This document shows, in pieces, positions 58,491 to 64,000 of a stretch of 64,000 nt of DNA. The notes under the pieces were generated by a model that was given only the letters and a program-made list of their open reading frames with translations, was not told where the DNA came from and did no database searches. The DNA comes from an uncultured Butyricicoccus sp. (lineage in GTDB: Bacteria; Bacillota; Clostridia; Oscillospirales; Butyricicoccaceae), in the NCBI GenBank assembly GCA_900547195.1, contig URFQ01000002.1, forward strand, positions 19,175-83,174, read 5' to 3'. The translations under genes and the position numbers were made by a program. How positions within the stretch are numbered: the first letter of the stretch is position 1; each line of letters opens with the position of its first letter.

Positions 58491-58532
58491 AAAAAAGGGA
58501 GCGTTGCAGATTCTGCAGCGCTCCCTTTTTTT
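58491..58532. terminator. Bidirectional terminator
   Basis: aaaaaagggagcgttgcag-att-ctgcagcgctccctttttt. Confidence 0.8.
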
Positions 58533-58893
58533 AAGATCCGGATTTGTCAGCGGGCTTGCAGAGGAGTGCGAACAGGCAGCCGAACACAATCGCGGCCGCG
58601 ATGCCGCCTGCAGCGCCGGTCACGCCGCCCGTGAACACACCCAGCAGGCCGTGCTCGGCGATGCCTTTCGCCACGCCCTTGGCGAGCGAGTAGCCAAACC
58701 CGAGCAGCGGGACGGTTGCGCCCGCGCCGCCCCAGTCGACCAACGGCTGGTACAGCCCCAGGCCGGTCAGGATCACGCCCAGCACCACATAACTCACCAG
58801 GATGCGCGCCGGGGTCAGTTTGGTCTTATCGATTAAAATCTGCGATAGGGCGCAAATTATACCACCTGTAATAAATGCCTGCAAATAATGCAT
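58531..58893 (-). CDS. spoVAE: Stage V sporulation protein AE (SpoVAC/SpoVAE family)
   Basis: AFITGGIIC, DKTKLTPARILV, GAGATVPLLGFG. Confidence 0.88.
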   Translation of the reverse strand: MHYLQAFITGGIICALSQILIDKTKLTPARILVSYVVLGVILTGLGLYQPLVDWGGAGATVPLLGFGYSLAKGVAKGIAEHGLLGVFTGGVTGAAGGIAAAIVFGCLFALLCKPADKSGS

Positions 58894-58897
58894 ATTG

Positions 58898-59908
58898 TTA
58901 ATTCCTCCGTTCGATTACAACCGCATGGCAAATGCCCGCGATCGGCTGGCCCTGCTGGATGGAGGTCGGGCTCATGAGCGCGCCCGTGCCTGCGAATACG
59001 AGCCGCTTTGGCTTTCCGGCCTGCATATCGCGCAGCAGTTTGCCGCATAATACAACCGCAGAACAGCCGCAGCCCGATCCGCCGGCATGCACATCCTGGT
59101 CGTCCCCATACAGCATGGAGCCGCAGTCCGAGTAGACGGGCGTGATGTCCACACCGTCCTGTTCAAACAACCGCACCAGCAGGCTCGCGCCCACATCCGC
59201 GAGGTCGCCGGTAAAAATTCCGTCGAAATCGCGCGGATGTGCGCCCAAATCGGTGAGCAAAGTGTTGATGGTGTGGTAGGCAGCGGGCGCCATCGCGGCG
59301 CCCATATTATTTGCGTCCTTCACACCCATGTCTACCATCTGGCCGATGATTGCGTGCGTGATGACGAGGTCTCCCGGGCAGCGGTCGAGCACGGCAGCAC
59401 CCGAGGCGGTGGCCGTCCACTGGGCGGTGGGCGGGCGCTGCCCGCCGTAGGCGAGCGGGAAACGGTACTGCCGCTCGGCCGAGCAGAAGTGTGAGGACGC
59501 CGTGACGGCTAGCCGGTCGGCGCAGCCGCCGTCGAGCAGGCAGGAGCCGGCCGCCAGCCCTTCCGCCATGGTGGAGCATGCGCCGTATAGGCCCAGAAAC
59601 GGGACATTGGACTGCACGGATGCAAACGCGGAGCCGATGCACTGGTTCAAAAGGTCGCCTGCCAGGATCATCTGCAAATCGTCCATCCGGTAACACGCTT
59701 TTTTGACCGCGGTTTCAATGGCAAGCTGCTGCATTTTGCTTTCGGCAAGCTCCCAGCTTTTCTGGCCAAAATGGGAATCGCTGCTGACAACGTCAAAGGT
59801 GCCGGACAGCGGCCCGCTGTCCTCTTTCGTACCGACCACCGAGGCATACCCGCGGATTGCCGGCGGATTGTCAAAGCGCAGGGTGCGCTGTCCGATGCGC
59901 TGCGCCAT
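58898..59908 (-). CDS. spoVAD: Stage V sporulation protein AD
   Basis: AGDLLNQC, GLYGACSTM, SSHFCSAERQYRFP, NNMGAAMAPAA, AGGSGCGCS. Confidence 0.95.
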   Translation of the reverse strand: MAQRIGQRTLRFDNPPAIRGYASVVGTKEDSGPLSGTFDVVSSDSHFGQKSWELAESKMQQLAIETAVKKACYRMDDLQMILAGDLLNQCIGSAFASVQSNVPFLGLYGACSTMAEGLAAGSCLLDGGCADRLAVTASSHFCSAERQYRFPLAYGGQRPPTAQWTATASGAAVLDRCPGDLVITHAIIGQMVDMGVKDANNMGAAMAPAAYHTINTLLTDLGAHPRDFDGIFTGDLADVGASLLVRLFEQDGVDITPVYSDCGSMLYGDDQDVHAGGSGCGCSAVVLCGKLLRDMQAGKPKRLVFAGTGALMSPTSIQQGQPIAGICHAVVIERRN

Positions 59909-59942
59909 AGGATCATCCTCCTTCAAAACCCTGTTTTGCAGG

Positions 59943-59972
59943 TAGCGTGCGCGGAAAGCGGACATTTTATGC
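59943..59972 (-). promoter_or_regulatory. Putative sigmaG promoter of spoVAD-spoVAE
   Basis: GCATA-N18-CACGCTA fits the forespore sigmaG consensus. Confidence 0.55.
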
Positions 59973-60132
59973 ACCGGTTTGCTGCGCGGGCCTTTGGCCC
60001 CGGCGCCGCAAAAAAAATTACCGATGACGCAAAATACCATCAGGAAAAAGAAAAACGTGTGCTTTTGGGCAGCAAAAACCCCGGGCAATGGTATCCCCGG
60101 GGCTTTTTTGCCGTCTGCCGGCGGCTGTTCGG

Positions 60133-60864
60133 TTAATCCCGCAGCAGCGAGCGGGCGGCTTCGTCCGCCACGATCGTTACGTCGTTGTGCATCTGCAAAA
60201 TCGAAGCCGGCACGGCAGGGGTGATCTTGCCATACAGCGCGTCGTGCAGGGCCTGCGCCTTGCTCTCCCCACTGACCAGGACGACAATCTTACGCGCCTG
60301 CATGATGGTCTTGATGCCCATCGTGTATGCCTGGCGCGGCACGTCCTCGCGGCGCTCAAAAAAGCGCTGGTTGGCTTCAATGGTGCTCTCTGCCAGATCG
60401 ACACAGTGGGTCTCGCTTTCAAAGGCCGCGCCCGGTTCGTTGAAGCCGATGTGGCCATTGCCGCCCATGCCGAGCAGCTGCATATCAATCCCGCCTACCC
60501 GGGCGATAATCGCGTTATAAGCGCGGCAGCCTTCGTCCGGGTCCGCGGCCAGGCCGTCCGGCACAAAGGTGCGCGCCTTGTCGATGTTGACATGGTCAAA
60601 CAAGTGCGTGTTCATGAGATAGCGGTAGCTCTGCTCATTGTCCGGGGCAAGGCCGCGGTATTCGTCCAGATTAACGGTGGTTACCCGGGAAAAATCCAGG
60701 TCGCCCTTTTCATACCACTTCACCAGCTGCTCGTAGGTGCCCACCGGCGACGAGCCGGTCGCCAGGCCGAGCACGCAGTCCGGCTTCATAATGACCTGCG
60801 CCGACAGGATGTTCGCCGCTTTCCGGCTCATATCCGCATAATCCTTCGCTTTGTAAATAACCAT
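60133..60864 (-). CDS. nagB: Glucosamine-6-phosphate deaminase
   Basis: LGLATGSSP, NLDEY, GNGHIGFNEP, PASILQMH. Confidence 0.95.
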   Translation of the reverse strand: MVIYKAKDYADMSRKAANILSAQVIMKPDCVLGLATGSSPVGTYEQLVKWYEKGDLDFSRVTTVNLDEYRGLAPDNEQSYRYLMNTHLFDHVNIDKARTFVPDGLAADPDEGCRAYNAIIARVGGIDMQLLGMGGNGHIGFNEPGAAFESETHCVDLAESTIEANQRFFERREDVPRQAYTMGIKTIMQARKIVVLVSGESKAQALHDALYGKITPAVPASILQMHNDVTIVADEAARSLLRD

Positions 60865-61082
60865 TGCTGTTCTCCTTCTTTCCTGCACAAAAATTGCGGT
60901 TTCGTGGATTGTTTCCGCCTTTTAGTATAGCCATATGGATTGGAATTGCAACATCCCGGGAAAAGGTAGAAAGAGACGTCAGGATATTATGCAAATTATC
61001 CAAAAAAAGTTTTCCAAATCCGGCATTTAAAGCGGGCATGTTGAGAAAACTTCTAAAGTACTTTCAGAACGGCCCGAAAGCC

Positions 61083-61110
61083 TTGAAACTCATTTCATAA
61101 AAGTTATACT
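61083..61110 (+). promoter_or_regulatory. Putative promoter and operator of the nan operon
   Basis: ttgaaa...tatact; palindrome tgaaa-ctca-tttca overlaps the -35. Confidence 0.45.
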
Positions 61111-61139
61111 GAAACCATCAACCGAGGAGGCAAGCGAGG

Positions 61140-61829
61140 ATGAATGAAACCATCAACAAACTGAAAGGCAGACTGGTCGTATCCTGTCAGGCCCTGCCGC
61201 ATGAACCGCTGCATTCTTCTTTTATCATGGGGCGGATGGCGCTGGCTGCCAAAGAGGGCGGCGCCGCCGGCATCCGCGCCAACACAAAGGAGGATATCCG
61301 GGAAATCCAGTCCCAGGTCGGGCTGCCGGTGATCGGGATCGTCAAGCGCGATTACGAGGGCAGCAGCGTGTACATCACGCCCACCCTGCGCGAGGTCGAG
61401 GAACTGATGGAGGTGAAACCGGAGATCATCGCCATGGACGCAACCGGCCGGCCGCGTCCCGGCGGGGTGACGCTGGACAATTTCTTCCGTGAGCTCAAGC
61501 AGAAATATCCGGAGCAATTGTGGATGGCCGACTGCTCGACCGTGGAGGAAGCCCTGCACGCCGACGCGCTGGGGTTTGATTTCATCGGCACAACCATGGT
61601 CGGCTATACCGAGGAAAGCAAAGGGATGCATATTGAAGCGGATGATTTTTCCATCCTGCGCCAAATCGTTGCAAAGGCCAAGCATCCGGTGATTGCGGAA
61701 GGCAATATCAACACTCCGGAAAAGGCAAAGCGCGTCATAGAACTCGGCGCGTTCAGCGTGGTGGTGGGCTCGATCATTACCCGGCCGCAGCTGATCACCA
61801 AATCGTTCGTACAGGCATTATCGGACTGA
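61140..61829 (+). CDS. nanE: N-acetylmannosamine-6-phosphate 2-epimerase
   Basis: LVVSCQA, GIRAN, IGIVKRDY, YITPT, IAEGNI, VVVGSIITRP. Confidence 0.95.
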   Translation: MNETINKLKGRLVVSCQALPHEPLHSSFIMGRMALAAKEGGAAGIRANTKEDIREIQSQVGLPVIGIVKRDYEGSSVYITPTLREVEELMEVKPEIIAMDATGRPRPGGVTLDNFFRELKQKYPEQLWMADCSTVEEALHADALGFDFIGTTMVGYTEESKGMHIEADDFSILRQIVAKAKHPVIAEGNINTPEKAKRVIELGAFSVVVGSIITRPQLITKSFVQALSD

Positions 61830-61843
61830 AAAGGAGAAGGAAC

Positions 61844-62764
61844 ATGAGAAATCTGGACAAGTACAAGGGCGTTATCCCGGCATTCTATGCATGCTACGAC
61901 AAGGAGGGCAATATCAGCCCCGAGGGCGTACAGGCGCTGACCAAATACTTTGTCGCAAAGGGCGTCAAGGGCGTATATGTGGGCGGCTCTTCGGGCGAAT
62001 GCATTTATCAGAGCGTGGAGGACCGCAAGATCACGCTGGAGAACGTCATGAAGGCGGCCGAAGGCAAGCTGACCGTCATTGCGCACGTGGCGTGCAACAA
62101 CACAAAGGACAGCGTGGAGCTGGCAAAGCATGCGGAAAGCCTTGGCGTAGACGCCATCGCGGCCATCCCGCCGATCTACTTCCACCTGCCCGAGTACGCG
62201 ATTGCAAAGTATTGGAACGACATCAGCGCAGCGGCCCCGAACACGGATTTTGTCATTTACAACATCCCGCAGCTGGCCGGCGTGGCGCTGACCATGAGCC
62301 TGTTCGCCGAAATGCGTAAGAACCCGCGCGTCATCGGCGTAAAGAACTCGTCCATGCCCGTGCAGGACATCCAGATGTTCAAGCAGGCCGCCGGCGAGGA
62401 CTATATTATCTTCAACGGCCCCGACGAGCAGTTCATGAGCGGCCGCGTCATCGGCGCGGAAGGCGCGATTGGCGGCACCTACGGCGTGATGCCCGAGTTG
62501 TTCCTCAAGCTGGACGAGTGTGTGAAAGCCGGCGACATGGACAAGGCGCGTGAAATCCAGTACGCCGTGGATGCGGTCATTTATAAGATGTGCTCGGCGC
62601 ACGGCAATATGTACGGCGTCATCAAGGCCATTTTGAAAAAGAATGAAGGCCTGGAGCTTGGCGGCGTCCGCGAGCCGCTGCCGTCCCTGACCGACGGCGA
62701 CATGGCCGTTGTAGAAGAGGCGGCAAAGATGATCTGCGACGCGAAGGCGGCTTATTTGGCATAA
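61844..62764 (+). CDS. nanA: N-acetylneuraminate lyase (DHDPS family)
   Basis: YVGGSSGE, IYNIPQL, GVKNSS, GAIGGTY; context with nanE and nagB. Confidence 0.85.
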   Translation: MRNLDKYKGVIPAFYACYDKEGNISPEGVQALTKYFVAKGVKGVYVGGSSGECIYQSVEDRKITLENVMKAAEGKLTVIAHVACNNTKDSVELAKHAESLGVDAIAAIPPIYFHLPEYAIAKYWNDISAAAPNTDFVIYNIPQLAGVALTMSLFAEMRKNPRVIGVKNSSMPVQDIQMFKQAAGEDYIIFNGPDEQFMSGRVIGAEGAIGGTYGVMPELFLKLDECVKAGDMDKAREIQYAVDAVIYKMCSAHGNMYGVIKAILKKNEGLELGGVREPLPSLTDGDMAVVEEAAKMICDAKAAYLA

Positions 62765-62794
62765 TCGGTGTCAAATGGAGAGAGGAGAAAAGAT

Positions 62795-64000
62795 ATGCAG
62801 GGTTTTACCAAAATTGACCTCGTAATCCTTGTCATTTACCTTGCGGCAGTCCTGTTTGCTGGGCTTCATTTTGCGAAGAAGGAAATGAAGGGCAAGGAAT
62901 ATTTTAAAAGCGACGGCACCGTGCCGTGGTGGGTCACGTCGGTGTCCATCTTCGCAACCCTTTTGAGCCCGATTTCATTTCTGTCCCTTGCGGGCAACTC
63001 CTATGCGGGCACATGGATTATGTGGTTTGCCCAGCTCGGCATGCTGCTGGCCATTCCGCTGACCATTAAGTTTTTCCTGCCGGTTTACAGCAGCCTGGGC
63101 ATTGATACGGCGTATCATTATCTGGAGCTGCGCTTCCAGAGCAAGGGCCTGCGCGTGCTCGGCGCGGTCATGTTCATCATCTATCAGGTGGGCCGTATGT
63201 CCATCATCATGTACCTGCCGTGCATGGTGCTCGGCAACCTCACCGGGATCAGCGTCAACCTGCTGATCGTCATCATGGGCGTGATCGCCATCATTTACTC
63301 GTATACCGGCGGCCTGAAATCCGTCCTGTGGACCGATTTCATCCAGGGTTCGGTCCTGCTCATCGGAGTAACCTGCGGCCTGGTCTTCCTGCTCGCCCAC
63401 ATCGACGGCGGTCTCGGCGCAATTTTCCAGGAGTTCACCGCCGGGCACAAGTTCCTCGCGGTCGACCAGCCGATTTTTAACCCCAACATCCTGAAGGACA
63501 GCGTATTCCTGCTGATCGTCGGCGCGGGCTTCAATACCATGGGGTCTTATGTGTCCAGCCAAGACATTGTGCAGCGCTTTACCACCACGACCGACACCAG
63601 AAAGCTCAATAAGATGATGCTTGCAAACGGCGGCCTGTCCATCTTCATCGCGACCGTATTCTATTTGATCGGCACCGGCCTGTATGTATTCTATCAGGTG
63701 CAGGGCAACCCGCTCCCGCCCGCAGCCCAGCAGGATCAGATTTTCGCTTCGTGGATCGCGTTTGAGCTGCCGGTCGGCGTTACCGGCCTGCTGCTTGCGG
63801 CCATCTATGCAGCCGCACAGTCCACCCTGTCCACCGGCCTCAACTCGGTTGCGGCGAGCTGGACGCTCGATATCCAGGCGCGCCTGACCAAAAAGGAGCT
63901 GAGCATGGAAAAGCAGACCAAGATCGGACAGTATGTCTCCCTGATTGTCGGCATCTTCTCGATCGTGGTTGCCATCGTGCTCGCCAACGGCGGCGTCAAG
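62795..64000 (+). CDS. Sodium:solute symporter, probable sialic-acid transporter (runs off the window)
   Basis: Read directly: MQGFTKIDLVILVIYL...VSIFATLLSPISFL...SSQDIVQRFTT...AAQSTLSTGLNS; RBS gaggag. Missing from the ORF track because there is no stop in the window. Confidence 0.88.
   Translation, partial: MQGFTKIDLVILVIYLAAVLFAGLHFAKKEMKGKEYFKSDGTVPWWVTSVSIFATLLSPISFLSLAGNSYAGTWIMWFAQLGMLLAIPLTIKFFLPVYSSLGIDTAYHYLELRFQSKGLRVLGAVMFIIYQVGRMSIIMYLPCMVLGNLTGISVNLLIVIMGVIAIIYSYTGGLKSVLWTDFIQGSVLLIGVTCGLVFLLAHIDGGLGAIFQEFTAGHKFLAVDQPIFNPNILKDSVFLLIVGAGFNTMGSYVSSQDIVQRFTTTTDTRKLNKMMLANGGLSIFIATVFYLIGTGLYVFYQVQGNPLPPAAQQDQIFASWIAFELPVGVTGLLLAAIYAAAQSTLSTGLNSVAASWTLDIQARLTKKELSMEKQTKIGQYVSLIVGIFSIVVAIVLANGGVK

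Noticed and set aside
1..64000. CRISPR arrays, tRNA and rRNA genes
   Set aside because: No regularly spaced repeat-spacer array, cloverleaf or rRNA sequence seen by eye; tRNAscan and Infernal were not run.

Overview
Chromosomal window from a GC-rich, spore-forming Clostridia-class Firmicute (Oscillospiraceae/Butyricicoccaceae-like; tentative). It is probably origin-proximal: it carries noc-parA-parB, serS, five parS sites and two DnaA-box clusters. Other content includes sugar-acid, sucrose and sialic-acid catabolism, sporulation genes (sleC-like, tepA, spoVAD/E) and four terminator-associated MITE-like repeats. The main finding is an asparagine synthetase gene (asnB/asnO type) split into a 5' part (41610-43043) and a 3' part (18372-18842) by a 22,845-bp element that encodes a large serine recombinase. 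The two junctions carry a perfect 14-bp inverted repeat placed symmetrically (7+2+7) around a GA dinucleotide. Excision at that GA would restore an in-frame 608-aa protein with the conserved LLDRKDRMSM motif. An unannotated 40-codon ORF, translationally coupled between the 5' half and the recombinase, is a candidate directionality factor. The element has no phage or conjugation genes, so it looks like a domesticated skin-like programmed-excision element. Developmental excision is inferred, not shown.
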